Virus record (IMG/VR): IMGVR_UViG_3300033153_013649
Location: 32,001 to 96,000 of that record
Source of the DNA: a virus
Reading direction: 5' to 3' (one strand)
DNA: 64,000 bases
Shown piece after piece: positions 21,167 through 30,480 of the stretch. Both the position numbers and the translations under genes were made by a program. Within the stretch, counting starts at the first letter, position 1. Each line of letters opens with the position of its first letter. The notes below the pieces were generated by a model. It was not told where the DNA came from. It saw only the letters and a list, made by a program, of their open reading frames with translations, and made no database searches.

Positions 21167-22759
21167 ATGAGCCAAATGAAACAAAATAACTTTAAAGTTT
21201 TAAATGAAGTAGAAGCAGTACACCTAAGACCCGAAATTCTACTTGGTACTACAGAAGTCATAAAAAAGTCTTTCCTGATTTATAACCCTAAAACTGAAGA
21301 ATATGATTCTATTGAATTTGATTATTCGGAGGGATTTTTTCGCTTATTCGAAGAGGCGGTAACTAATTCAATAGATGAGTTTGATAGAAATAAATCCGTC
21401 TCCTCAATACGAATTGAGATCGGGGATGACTTTATTAAAATTCGAGATAATGGTGGGGGATATCCTCTTCATAAATATAAATTTGAGGGGAAAGAAAAAT
21501 ATGCTCCTGAATGGATATTAACTAAATTGAATTCAGGGGTAAATTTTGAGGATATAGATCGTAATACTGTTGGTATGAACGGAGTTGGAATTTCCCTTGT
21601 TAATTTTCTTTCAAAGAAATTTATTCTTCGAACAAAAAACAAAAAATCTCTTAGATATGTCCAAATATTTCGTGACTATTCTAAGAAGAAAACTGAACCA
21701 AAATTTAATGGGAAGGTTTCAGACCATCAATTCGATGGAACAGAAATTATTTTTTATCCTGATTTTGAATTATTTAGATTAGATAAATCTATTCTTAAAG
21801 ATTATATTCCTTTGATGGAAGAATATTTTAGAAAACTTTCTATGGTTTATCCTAAAATCAAATTTTATTTTAATAAAAAAAGGATTAAAACAAGTCAGAA
21901 ACAGACTATTAAAGCTCTTATTAATGGAAATATAATTTATAAAGAAATTACAGATAGCGCTACTATTGCCTTCGGTCTTAGAAGAGATGAGTCAGGGCAA
22001 GATTTCTTTATGATAAATTCGAAACCTATTGAGAGCTGGACGTCTTTTGATATGCCTTTTACATATAACTTATTTAATAATATTAGGGAAAAATTAAATA
22101 AGAAATATAAGCTTAAGATTTCGAGGAATACCTGGTTAAATGAGAATATTACGAGAGTTGGAATATTCAAAGGCCTAAATGTTAAATTTAAAAATCAAAC
22201 AAAGGATATTCTTGCTAGATTTGATTCCTCTGATTATCTCTCGTTTGCTTCGAAAGAAAATATTGAAAGAATAGCTCGAGCCTTTATTAATAATCAAAAA
22301 TTTGTTGAAGCTTATCTTGAATTTCATGCTTCTAAAGATAATCTTGAAGCTAAGAAAAAATTAAAGAAGATAAAAAAACAATTTATTGATAAATTAATAG
22401 AGGCTACCTCAAAAGATCCAGAGGAAAAAATCTTGATAATAACAGAAGGAAATTGTTTAGAAGAAAATACTGAAGTATTAGTTTTAAATCATAATAAATT
22501 ATTTAATAAAAAGATAAAAGAAATTAATATTGGGGATATAGTTTTAACACATAAGAAAAGATTTAAAAAAGTTATTAATAAAGTAGCTAGGAAAAAAAGA
22601 GGTTTTTTAGTAAAATTAAAAAACGGGGAACAATTTATAGCTTCTTCTGATCATAAAATGTATGTTTTTAACAGTTTAAAGAAGGAATTCGAATTTAAAA
22701 AAATAAAGGATCTAAATTTAGATTATGATAAATTGGTTAAACATAATGAATTATTATAA
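21167..22759 (+). CDS. DNA topoisomerase II large subunit, N-part (gp39-like), fused to a split N-intein
   Basis: GHKL motifs (EAVTNSIDE, DNGGG, GMNGVG) and FKNQTK. TOPRIM IITEGN is followed by intein block A CLEENTEV at Cys430 and block B ASSDHKM. Confidence 0.92.
   Translation: MSQMKQNNFKVLNEVEAVHLRPEILLGTTEVIKKSFLIYNPKTEEYDSIEFDYSEGFFRLFEEAVTNSIDEFDRNKSVSSIRIEIGDDFIKIRDNGGGYPLHKYKFEGKEKYAPEWILTKLNSGVNFEDIDRNTVGMNGVGISLVNFLSKKFILRTKNKKSLRYVQIFRDYSKKKTEPKFNGKVSDHQFDGTEIIFYPDFELFRLDKSILKDYIPLMEEYFRKLSMVYPKIKFYFNKKRIKTSQKQTIKALINGNIIYKEITDSATIAFGLRRDESGQDFFMINSKPIESWTSFDMPFTYNLFNNIREKLNKKYKLKISRNTWLNENITRVGIFKGLNVKFKNQTKDILARFDSSDYLSFASKENIERIARAFINNQKFVEAYLEFHASKDNLEAKKKLKKIKKQFIDKLIEATSKDPEEKILIITEGNCLEENTEVLVLNHNKLFNKKIKEINIGDIVLTHKKRFKKVINKVARKKRGFLVKLKNGEQFIASSDHKMYVFNSLKKEFEFKKIKDLNLDYDKLVKHNELL
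22454..22759 (+). mobile_element. Split intein N-fragment (101 aa) of topoisomerase II
   Basis: CLEENTEVLV...IKEINIGDIVLTH...FIASSDHKMYV, then a stop codon. Confidence 0.9.
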
Positions 22760-22766
22760 CGTTGCC

Positions 22767-22831
22767 TCCCTCAGCTCATATTAAAAAACTTAGATTTAAT
22801 AAATAATATTAAGAATATGAAGATCGAGGGA
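22767..22831 (+). promoter_or_regulatory. RBS-sequestering hairpin with an internal late-type promoter controlling the endonuclease
   Basis: TCCCTC/GAGGGA and TCATATT/AATATGA are complementary arms; AATAAATA lies in the loop. Confidence 0.6.
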
Positions 22832-24013
22832 ATTAAAATGAAGGATAAATTTAAAATAGTAATTAAAACTGATAAAATGAAAAAGTATATTCATGAATAT
22901 ATGAAATATGAAATGATAAATAACAACCATTTTTCAATTATAGGTTTACTTAAAAATCATATTCATAAAACTAAAGGAATTTCTTTGGAAGAGTATTTAT
23001 CTAAGCAAAATAAAATTCGCAAGTGTAATTTCTGTAATAATTTTAGTAAAATTGTTGGATTTTCTTTCGATTCTTTTAAATCAGGAACATTATTTATTTC
23101 AAATATAAAATATAAAAAAAATTTTTATTATTGCTATAGTAAGGATTGTCCCGGAAAGAAATTAAATCCTAATAGTGTTGAATTTGTTTCTAAATCTAGA
23201 AATATTTCAAACGAAGAAGCTTTGAAATATATTCATAGGAGAAATAAATCCCCCTTTTATAGAGAAAACCATAATTCTTTAAAAGAATATAAATCTTATC
23301 AAAGACGAGATGAAAAATGGTTTATTGAAAATAATAAATCTTTTGATAAATTCAAAAAGAGATTAAGATATATTAATACTTTAGATTATTTTATTGAAAA
23401 ATTAGGTAGTAAAGAATTAGGATTAGCGAAATATTTAGAAATAAATAAAAGAAAAGATTCAATGTCATTTAATCATTATTTGAAGAAATATAATAATAAT
23501 TATATTGTAGCGAGAAAAGAATATAATAAAAGAATAAAAAAATGCTGTTCTAATTTATCTCCTTTTATTTGTAACGGGGTTTCAAAAGAATCTATTAAGG
23601 TATTATTAAAATATTATAAATTTTTTAGAAGACAGAATATTGATAAGGATAAAATATTTATAGGATTAAAGGGGAGTTCAGAATATAATATTTTATATAA
23701 AACCAAGGAGGGAAATAAAAGATTTTTTTATGACTTTACAATACCTGAAATAAAATTAATAATAGAATATCACGGAGAGAAATTTCACCCAAATCCTAAA
23801 TGGAGATTTGAAAATATAAACAAGTGGAATAAATGGAGGGGGATATTTGATAATTTAAATGTCGAGAAAAGGTATAAATTAGATTTACTAAAGAAAAAAG
23901 AAGCTGAAAAATCTGGCTTTAAAGTTTTTGAAATATATTCTTCTGATAATAAAGAAGAAAAATATGAGGAAATTATTAATTGGTGGTATTTAAAGGAAAA
24001 CAAAAATGAATAA
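22817..24013 (+). CDS. Free-standing homing endonuclease (Vsr/EDxHD-like C-terminal domain) between the intein halves
   Basis: FFYDF...LIIEYHGEKFH...D..K...A...GFKVFEI C-terminal nuclease motif plus Zn-finger-like N-terminal motifs. The likely start is the ATG at 22838. Confidence 0.8.
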   Translation: MKIEGIKMKDKFKIVIKTDKMKKYIHEYMKYEMINNNHFSIIGLLKNHIHKTKGISLEEYLSKQNKIRKCNFCNNFSKIVGFSFDSFKSGTLFISNIKYKKNFYYCYSKDCPGKKLNPNSVEFVSKSRNISNEEALKYIHRRNKSPFYRENHNSLKEYKSYQRRDEKWFIENNKSFDKFKKRLRYINTLDYFIEKLGSKELGLAKYLEINKRKDSMSFNHYLKKYNNNYIVARKEYNKRIKKCCSNLSPFICNGVSKESIKVLLKYYKFFRRQNIDKDKIFIGLKGSSEYNILYKTKEGNKRFFYDFTIPEIKLIIEYHGEKFHPNPKWRFENINKWNKWRGIFDNLNVEKRYKLDLLKKKEAEKSGFKVFEIYSSDNKEEKYEEIINWWYLKENKNE

Positions 24014-24641
24014 TAATTTTAAATTATTAGAAATCGACTCAATAGAAGAGATAGAAGAAGTTGAAATGATAGATCTATCTGTTCAAAAAGATGAAAGTTT
24101 TACTTTATCGAATGGTTTAATTTCTCATAATTCGGCGGCTGGAGCATTTAGAAATGTTCGTAATAGTAAAATTCATTCTATATTACCTCTTAAAGGTAAA
24201 GTTCCAAATGTTAAGAAATTAACTCTAAAAGAAGTTTTAAAAAATCCTTCCTATCAAAATATTATCGGGTCACTCAGATTAACAGGTGATAATTCAGATT
24301 TAAGACACGGTAAAGTTTATATCGCAACAGATACAGATCCAGACGGGAAACATATTCGAATTCTTTTAATTCAATTTTTTGCAAAATTCTTTCCTGAATT
24401 TATTGATGAAGGTAGATTGTTTATTTTAAATTCTCCTTTGTATGAATATAAATTAAACAAAACTTTGAAATATTCTTATGGGGAGAAACCCCCTCCAGAA
24501 GCTACTGATATTAGTTATTTTAAAGGATTAGGTTCGAATACTAAAACTGCTAATAAAGAGATTATGGAAAATCCTAAGCTCTTATTAATAAAAGATTCCA
24601 AAGAATTAAAGAAAATATATAGAGAACTTTATGATTATTAA
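24006..24641 (+). CDS. Split C-intein (42 aa) fused to the topoisomerase II TOPRIM C-part (gp60-like)
   Basis: MIDLSVQKDESFTLSNGLISHN|SAAG, then LPLKGKVPN, TDTDPDGKHI and YFKGLGS. Confidence 0.92.
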   Translation: MNNNFKLLEIDSIEEIEEVEMIDLSVQKDESFTLSNGLISHNSAAGAFRNVRNSKIHSILPLKGKVPNVKKLTLKEVLKNPSYQNIIGSLRLTGDNSDLRHGKVYIATDTDPDGKHIRILLIQFFAKFFPEFIDEGRLFILNSPLYEYKLNKTLKYSYGEKPPPEATDISYFKGLGSNTKTANKEIMENPKLLLIKDSKELKKIYRELYDY

Positions 24642-24664
24642 TTGGGAAATAATCAAAAAATATA

Positions 24665-24694
24665 TTGACAAACAAGAATAAAAATTTGTATATT
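24665..24694 (+). promoter_or_regulatory. Sigma70-type promoter
   Basis: TTGACA-N18-TATATT. Confidence 0.7.
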
Positions 24695-24721
24695 ATAATA
24701 ATATAAATTTTAGAGAAAAAA

Positions 24722-25999
24722 ATGGAAGAAATAAAAAGGTGGTATAAAGAATACGAAATTAAAACTGTATTTGATCGAGCTGTACCTTCGATTATGGATG
24801 GTTTTAAACCGGTTCAAAGAAAGATTTTTTATACTGCTCTTAGTAGGCTTAAAAGTAAAATGAATACAAACGCCTTTAGTGGGGCAGTAAAAGAATATTC
24901 TAATTATCATCACGGTGATATGTCGATTGTTGCTACAGTTAATAATATGGTAGCTGAATTTAGAAATAATTTTCCTATATTTTTAGGGTATGGGAATTTT
25001 GGAGATAAATTAGAACATACTCCCGCAGCCGCACGATATACAGAAATTTCTTTGAATCCAGAATATTTGAAATATATGGTAATGAATGAAATATTGGAAT
25101 ATGAAATTCAAGACGATAATAAAATACATGAACCAAATTATTATCTTTTTACTCTTCCAATGGTTCTTATAAATGGAACCAGAGGTATAGCAGTTGGAAT
25201 GAAAACGGATATTCTTCCATATAAACTTTCTGATATTAAAAGAAACGTAAAACAGGTAATTAATAATAAGAAACAAACCCCTCTTATTCCTTTCTTTCCT
25301 CAATTTAAAGGTAAGGTAAAAAGAGAAAATTCTAAATGGGTTCAATATGGAAATATTGAACTAGAAAATTCTACTACTATTAAAATAACTGAATTAACAA
25401 CTAATTATGAAAGTGTTAAATATCTTCAAGTATTAGAAGAGTTAAAAGAAAATAAAGTCATTTATGATTATGAAGATAATTCTTCAGATAAAGTAGAGAT
25501 CGTTGCTAAAGTTACTAAAGAAGTATCTAAAAAAATTAGAAACAAGCTTCATAAAACTTTCAAATTAGTTTATAATCTTCAAGAAAATATTAAAGTACTT
25601 GATCCTTCCGGAACTAAGGTTTTAGAATTTAATACCCCAGAAGAATTAATTGAAACTTTTGTTCTAGAAGTTCTTAAAAAATGTGATAGATATAGAATTG
25701 AAAAAATGAAGGAATATGAAAAAACAATTGATAAATTAATTCAGAAGATTAAATTTATTAAATTCGTTTCTTGTATTAATAATATTACAGATCTTTCTAG
25801 AAAAGAATTAAAGAGGTTAGTTCTGGAAAAAATAAAGATCGATAGGAAATATCTTGATGAATTTTTACAAATTTCTATATTCGGTTTAACCAAAGATTCA
25901 GTAAAGAAATACGAAAAAGAAATTAAAGAATTCAAAATTAAATTAAATAAATTTAAAAGAATGAATAAAAACGATATATATTTAGGGATGATTATATGA
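24722..25999 (+). CDS. DNA topoisomerase II medium subunit, gp52-like
   Basis: RAVPSIMDGFKPVQRK, YHHGD, GNFG and the catalytic AAARYT. Confidence 0.95.
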   Translation: MEEIKRWYKEYEIKTVFDRAVPSIMDGFKPVQRKIFYTALSRLKSKMNTNAFSGAVKEYSNYHHGDMSIVATVNNMVAEFRNNFPIFLGYGNFGDKLEHTPAAARYTEISLNPEYLKYMVMNEILEYEIQDDNKIHEPNYYLFTLPMVLINGTRGIAVGMKTDILPYKLSDIKRNVKQVINNKKQTPLIPFFPQFKGKVKRENSKWVQYGNIELENSTTIKITELTTNYESVKYLQVLEELKENKVIYDYEDNSSDKVEIVAKVTKEVSKKIRNKLHKTFKLVYNLQENIKVLDPSGTKVLEFNTPEELIETFVLEVLKKCDRYRIEKMKEYEKTIDKLIQKIKFIKFVSCINNITDLSRKELKRLVLEKIKIDRKYLDEFLQISIFGLTKDSVKKYEKEIKEFKIKLNKFKRMNKNDIYLGMII

Positions 26000-26220
26000 T
26001 AAGTTATAATTTATTAATGGAGTATTATATAGCTTCAGATTCTGAATCTTATATAGGGGCCACTCTTCAATATATTGATAAATGTTTAGATATTGATATA
26101 AGTGAATTCAAAAAATCTGATCTTCCTCCGGAATGGCTTCAGTTAATTGAAAAAGAAGCTCGAGAAATGAATCTTATTAAAGACAACGATAATAAGCATA
26201 ATTTTTTGGAATTGAGTTAA
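25996..26220 (+). CDS. Late promoter transcription co-activator gp33
   Basis: SYIGAT...IEKEAREMNLIK pattern; gp33-gp59-gp32 synteny as in T4. Confidence 0.6.
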   Translation: MISYNLLMEYYIASDSESYIGATLQYIDKCLDIDISEFKKSDLPPEWLQLIEKEAREMNLIKDNDNKHNFLELS

Positions 26221-26233
26221 TTAATGAGAAAAT

Positions 26234-26869
26234 ATGCCAGAATATCATAATTATACAGCTGAAGAGATTCATTCAAAGATCTTTTATACATCAAAATATT
26301 TTAAGCCCTTTAATTGGGATTCTAGATCTCCAATTGATTATAAAAGGTATATTTTAAGAAATATTACAAATAATAAAGTATTTAAGAGAAACAAAAACTT
26401 TTATAAATTACTTGGAGAAAAATATCCTCTTAAAGAAAATCTAGATTCGATAATTTATGGAATATTTTTGAGTAGTAGTACTCCAGATATATATAGTTTT
26501 GATATTAAGGAATTTCCGAAATTTCATCGCAGATGGGTATCGTTCAAGACTCAATTAAAATCAAAAACTAGAGAAGATTTAAGAGTAATTAAAGAATATA
26601 TGAGGATCTACCAACTTTCTTTTTGGGGATTAATAAAATATATCCCGAATATAAGTGATCATGTTTCTCATATTTTTTATTTATATAAAGACTCTAGAAT
26701 AACTGCGTCTACCTTTGGAGTTGTTTATTTAAAGGCTTTTGAAAATCCAAAGGCTCTAGAAAGATTTAAAGAATGGCAAAAAAAATATGAGCGTAGCTTA
26801 AATTCTCAAGAATTTTTTAGAGAAGTATTTCGTTGGTATCGATTAGTAAAATTAGCAAAAAGTTGTTGA
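26234..26869 (+). CDS. Helicase loader gp59-like protein
   Basis: Size and position between gp33 and gp32; weak similarity (FKRNKNFYKLLGEKY). Confidence 0.45.
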   Translation: MPEYHNYTAEEIHSKIFYTSKYFKPFNWDSRSPIDYKRYILRNITNNKVFKRNKNFYKLLGEKYPLKENLDSIIYGIFLSSSTPDIYSFDIKEFPKFHRRWVSFKTQLKSKTREDLRVIKEYMRIYQLSFWGLIKYIPNISDHVSHIFYLYKDSRITASTFGVVYLKAFENPKALERFKEWQKKYERSLNSQEFFREVFRWYRLVKLAKSC

Positions 26870-26895
26870 CAAACTATCTTTGATTTTTGTAAATT
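26866..26895 (+). promoter_or_regulatory. Sigma70-type promoter
   Basis: TTGACA-N18-TAAATT. Confidence 0.6.
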
Positions 26896-26961
26896 AAGTA
26901 TAAAGAAATAAGAATAATAGAATAAAAAGAAAAAAAAGACAAAAGACAAGGAGAAAATAGA

Positions 26962-27957
26962 ATGAATAGAACAGATATTTTAAAACAAATAGCAGAAAAT
27001 AAGAAAAAAATTAAGGACAGTGTAAAAAAAGGATTCGAAGATAATAGAGATAAAACTTTTTGGCTTCCCCCCTGGGATCAAAATACCCAAACTGGATCTG
27101 CAGTAATTGCTTTCCTTCCTTTTTCTAATATGTTTCTCGATGAAGCAGATAAAAATTTCGAAATAGCTCCATACGTGTTTGTTCCGGAACATTCAAATAT
27201 GACTGGAACTCGAGGAAAAAAATATTGGGGGATTTTATGCAGAAGTATTTTCGGTCGGGGAGAATGTCCTATATGTAATAAATTTTGGGAATATTGGAAT
27301 TCTAGTGAAGAAGATAAAAATTTTGCAAAGGGGATGGGAATATCTCGAAAAAGATCTTTTGTTGGTAATATTATTGTAATTGATAATAAAAATAATCCTA
27401 GTGAAAACGGAACAGTTTTTAAATGGAAGTTTGGTATAAGAATTAAAGAAAGAATTGATGCAAAGATTAGTCCTAGAGATCCGAATGAACCTTCTCAATT
27501 TGTTTATAATCCTTCAAGAATTGTTCCCTTTAAAGTAAATATTATTGAATCTGGAGGATTTCGTGATTATGGTCAATCTGAATGGCTTACTGATGGTAAA
27601 TCTATAGCCGACTGGATAATGCCAGAAGCAACAAAAGCAGAAAAAACAGATTTCATTGATAATCTTCCCCTTTATTCTGTTCAAGATATTATTAAAAAGG
27701 AATATTATAAATCGTATGAAGAAGTAGAGATTATCCTTAATGATGTTTTAAGAGCTAATGGAGTTAAAGTAAGTGAAACAGTAAAAAAACCAAAAGAACT
27801 AAAAACTGTTTCTGATGAAGCTCCAGAGGATGAACTTTTTGGGGGAGAAATTGAAGTAGAAGAAGATAAGATTCAAGATGAAGATCTTTTAGAAACAGAA
27901 GAAGAAGATAGTTTTGTAGATGGATTATTTGATGATGAAAGAACCGAAGGAGAATAA
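26962..27957 (+). CDS. Single-stranded DNA-binding protein gp32
   Basis: D..FW...G.AVIAFLP, C...CPIC, NPSENGTVFKWKFG and an acidic tail. Confidence 0.9.
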   Translation: MNRTDILKQIAENKKKIKDSVKKGFEDNRDKTFWLPPWDQNTQTGSAVIAFLPFSNMFLDEADKNFEIAPYVFVPEHSNMTGTRGKKYWGILCRSIFGRGECPICNKFWEYWNSSEEDKNFAKGMGISRKRSFVGNIIVIDNKNNPSENGTVFKWKFGIRIKERIDAKISPRDPNEPSQFVYNPSRIVPFKVNIIESGGFRDYGQSEWLTDGKSIADWIMPEATKAEKTDFIDNLPLYSVQDIIKKEYYKSYEEVEIILNDVLRANGVKVSETVKKPKELKTVSDEAPEDELFGGEIEVEEDKIQDEDLLETEEEDSFVDGLFDDERTEGE

Positions 27958-27961
27958 TTAA

Positions 27962-28675
27962 ATGGAGAAATGGAAAATTACAGAAGAGCAAATTGTTACT
28001 TTACAAGATGCATGTAAGATTAATGAACTTCTTCTTATAAAGCCTGAATCTAAAGAACTTATTTCCACTGATTCTATAGATGAATCATTTAATGTTTTAT
28101 TTCTTAATACAAGTTTTGGTTATTCATTTGAAAAAGCATTTATTGTTCATAATCTTTCTGAAATTGTTAAAGTAATAAAAAATATCGGATCCGGAGCAGT
28201 GATATTATTAGCAGAGGATAAACTTTCTGTTATGGATCCAAAAGGTGATATTAAATGTAATTATCTTTATGCTTCAGAAGATATAGTTGATAATATTAAC
28301 AAAGTATATGGATTATATCAAGATTATATATCATCGATTAAAAATAATGAACAAACAAAGAGGTTCAAATTTGCTGATATATTTTTTAAAAGAATTAAGA
28401 CCTTTAGTTCTTTTAATTTTAATACTCTTTCCTTTCAAAAGGATCAAATTATAATTTATGATAATACTGGTTCAACTGAAATTAATCAGAAAGATAATGT
28501 AATTCTTAAAACTGAATCTGAATTTGATAAAAATTTCCGACTTGATTTGGACCTTCAGGACTTTCGTAAATTAAAGGAAGGAAATTATATATGTTATGGT
28601 TCTCCTCAAGGCTTTATTCTTTTTGAAGATGAAGAAAATAAAAATGTTTATCTTCTTGCTTGTAATAATCTATAA
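27962..28675 (+). CDS. Sliding clamp gp45
   Basis: Size, position before gp44, and the YLYASEDIV and KLKEGNY patterns. Confidence 0.65.
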   Translation: MEKWKITEEQIVTLQDACKINELLLIKPESKELISTDSIDESFNVLFLNTSFGYSFEKAFIVHNLSEIVKVIKNIGSGAVILLAEDKLSVMDPKGDIKCNYLYASEDIVDNINKVYGLYQDYISSIKNNEQTKRFKFADIFFKRIKTFSSFNFNTLSFQKDQIIIYDNTGSTEINQKDNVILKTESEFDKNFRLDLDLQDFRKLKEGNYICYGSPQGFILFEDEENKNVYLLACNNL

Positions 28676-28699
28676 ATCTTTTTAAATTAAAGGCATGAA

Positions 28700-29662
28700 A
28701 TGGATTTATCACAATCTATGTGGGAGTTTAAGTATGCTCCCAGAAGTGTTGATGAATTAATTCTTCCAAATCGTTATATTGATTTGTTTAAAAGATGGAT
28801 ATCAAATCAAATGGTAGACAATTCTCTATTTGTCTCTCACGAACCCGGTTCGGGTAAAACTTCCGTTGCAAAAATCATAATTAATTCTAAAATATTTTCT
28901 ACATTATTTATTAATGCTTCAAGAGAAACATCTATAGATAATGTTAGAAATAATATTAAAAATTTTGTTAAAACTGTATCCATATCAAATAGGAATTCTC
29001 CGAAGGTAGTTATATTGGATGAAGCAGATAGATTATCAGCACAAGCTTTAGATGCACTAAAGGGGGAAATCGAAGCTGCATCTAAAAACGCTAGGTTTAT
29101 TTTTACTGCTAATCGTAAATCTGCTTTTCCAAAACCAATTAAATCAAGATTAAATGAATTTGATTTCGACCAGATGTTTTCTGAAAATAAAAGAGAGATG
29201 TGGACAAAAGGTTACGAAAGGATGAAATTTATTCTTGAATCAGAGGGAATTGAATTTGATTATAAAACTGTTGGAAATATAATAAAGAGATTCGCTCCTG
29301 ATTGGAGAAATATAATACGAATTTTACAATTAATGTCTGCGTTTAATAATGAAATCACGAAGGAAGATTTTTCAAGTTTGGATGTAACTACAAACCTTAC
29401 AGAATTAATTGATCTCTGTAAAGAAAACGAATTTCAGAAAATTCGAGAGTTCTGTGTTAAAAATATCGGAAACGAAATGAATTTAGTTCGAGGATTATTT
29501 ACTCTTACAAAGTCTGTAGAAATGTTTAAATCTCAAGAAGATGCAGCGATGCTTATTATTAATCTTGCTGATTTTGAAGAAAAAATACTTAATGTTCCAG
29601 ATCTAGATATTTACTTTACTGGATTAATTCTTAAAATTTCTAAGGAAGTAAAATTTAGATGA
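28700..29662 (+). CDS. Clamp loader large subunit gp44
   Basis: WEFKYAP, PGSGKT, INAS, ILDEAD and IKSR motifs (RFC AAA+). Confidence 0.92.
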   Translation: MDLSQSMWEFKYAPRSVDELILPNRYIDLFKRWISNQMVDNSLFVSHEPGSGKTSVAKIIINSKIFSTLFINASRETSIDNVRNNIKNFVKTVSISNRNSPKVVILDEADRLSAQALDALKGEIEAASKNARFIFTANRKSAFPKPIKSRLNEFDFDQMFSENKREMWTKGYERMKFILESEGIEFDYKTVGNIIKRFAPDWRNIIRILQLMSAFNNEITKEDFSSLDVTTNLTELIDLCKENEFQKIREFCVKNIGNEMNLVRGLFTLTKSVEMFKSQEDAAMLIINLADFEEKILNVPDLDIYFTGLILKISKEVKFR

Positions 29663-30081
29663 AAAAATTAGAAGAACCTTTATCTTCAAGGATAATTGAT
29701 TTTATTAATATAAATTTGCCTTTTGGAATAAAGATTCGGTGGGGGGTATCTCGTTGGTGTCTTTTGATTGGTAAATTTGCTATTAAATTTCCTATGGTAG
29801 TTCGATTAAAATATTTTTATTATGGTTTATTTGCAAATTTAGTTGAAGGAGAATTTAAAGGCCACGAGGAAAGGTATAAAATACCTAAGATTTATTTCAA
29901 GGGTATTTTAGGATTTGGAATAATATCTGAAAGATGTTCTTTACTAACTGATGATGAATATTATTCGATTGATAAGGAATTTTTCCCTATAAATCGAGAT
30001 TTTCAATATAGAAATATAGGGAAAACAAAAGATGGTAGAATTGTAATGGTAGATTTTGCAGAAGTATATAAAGAGAATTAA
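29659..30081 (+). CDS. Minimal protein-kinase-fold protein
   Basis: FAIKFP (VAIK-like) and DFQYRNIG...IVMVDF (catalytic loop and DFG-like). Confidence 0.5.
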   Translation: MKKLEEPLSSRIIDFININLPFGIKIRWGVSRWCLLIGKFAIKFPMVVRLKYFYYGLFANLVEGEFKGHEERYKIPKIYFKGILGFGIISERCSLLTDDEYYSIDKEFFPINRDFQYRNIGKTKDGRIVMVDFAEVYKEN

Positions 30082-30085
30082 TTTG

Positions 30086-30115
30086 TTGACAAACTATGAA
30101 GGGATTTAGTATAAT
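30086..30115 (+). promoter_or_regulatory. Sigma70-type promoter
   Basis: TTGACA-N18-TATAAT. Confidence 0.6.
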
Positions 30116-30117
30116 AA

Positions 30118-30480
30118 ATGATTAATAATTTTTTTGATGTACTTAAAAATATTACTTATTCCAAAAACCCTAATGATCTTGGAACAAGTGAATATAAGCC
30201 TTATATGGTAAATAGATATTTATCTATGCATAAGAATTATTTTTTCTTTGCAGAATTAATGAATAATAATCTCTATCTTCTTTTAAAAGAATATCAAGAA
30301 CTTTTATTGTTTTATATTATTCCGAAAAAATGGGTTTTTTTTAAATATATAAAATCCGATAAAAGAAAAAAAGTTAATGGATTTGAAGAGATTCAAAATA
30401 AATTTAATTTATCTAATCAAAAAACAAACGAAGTTATAGCATTTCTTAATCGTTTAAATAATGCAAGAGATGGATTTTGA
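30118..30480 (+). CDS. Clamp loader small subunit gp62
   Basis: FFDVLKNI...YKPYMVNRYLS...IPKK..F.KY. Confidence 0.85.
   Translation: MINNFFDVLKNITYSKNPNDLGTSEYKPYMVNRYLSMHKNYFFFAELMNNNLYLLLKEYQELLLFYIIPKKWVFFKYIKSDKRKKVNGFEEIQNKFNLSNQKTNEVIAFLNRLNNARDGF

Noticed and set aside
22760-24005. Group I intron or T4 gene 60-type ribosomal bypass
   Set aside because: The flanks are too short for an intron core, and intein N- and C-terminal motifs fully explain the split.
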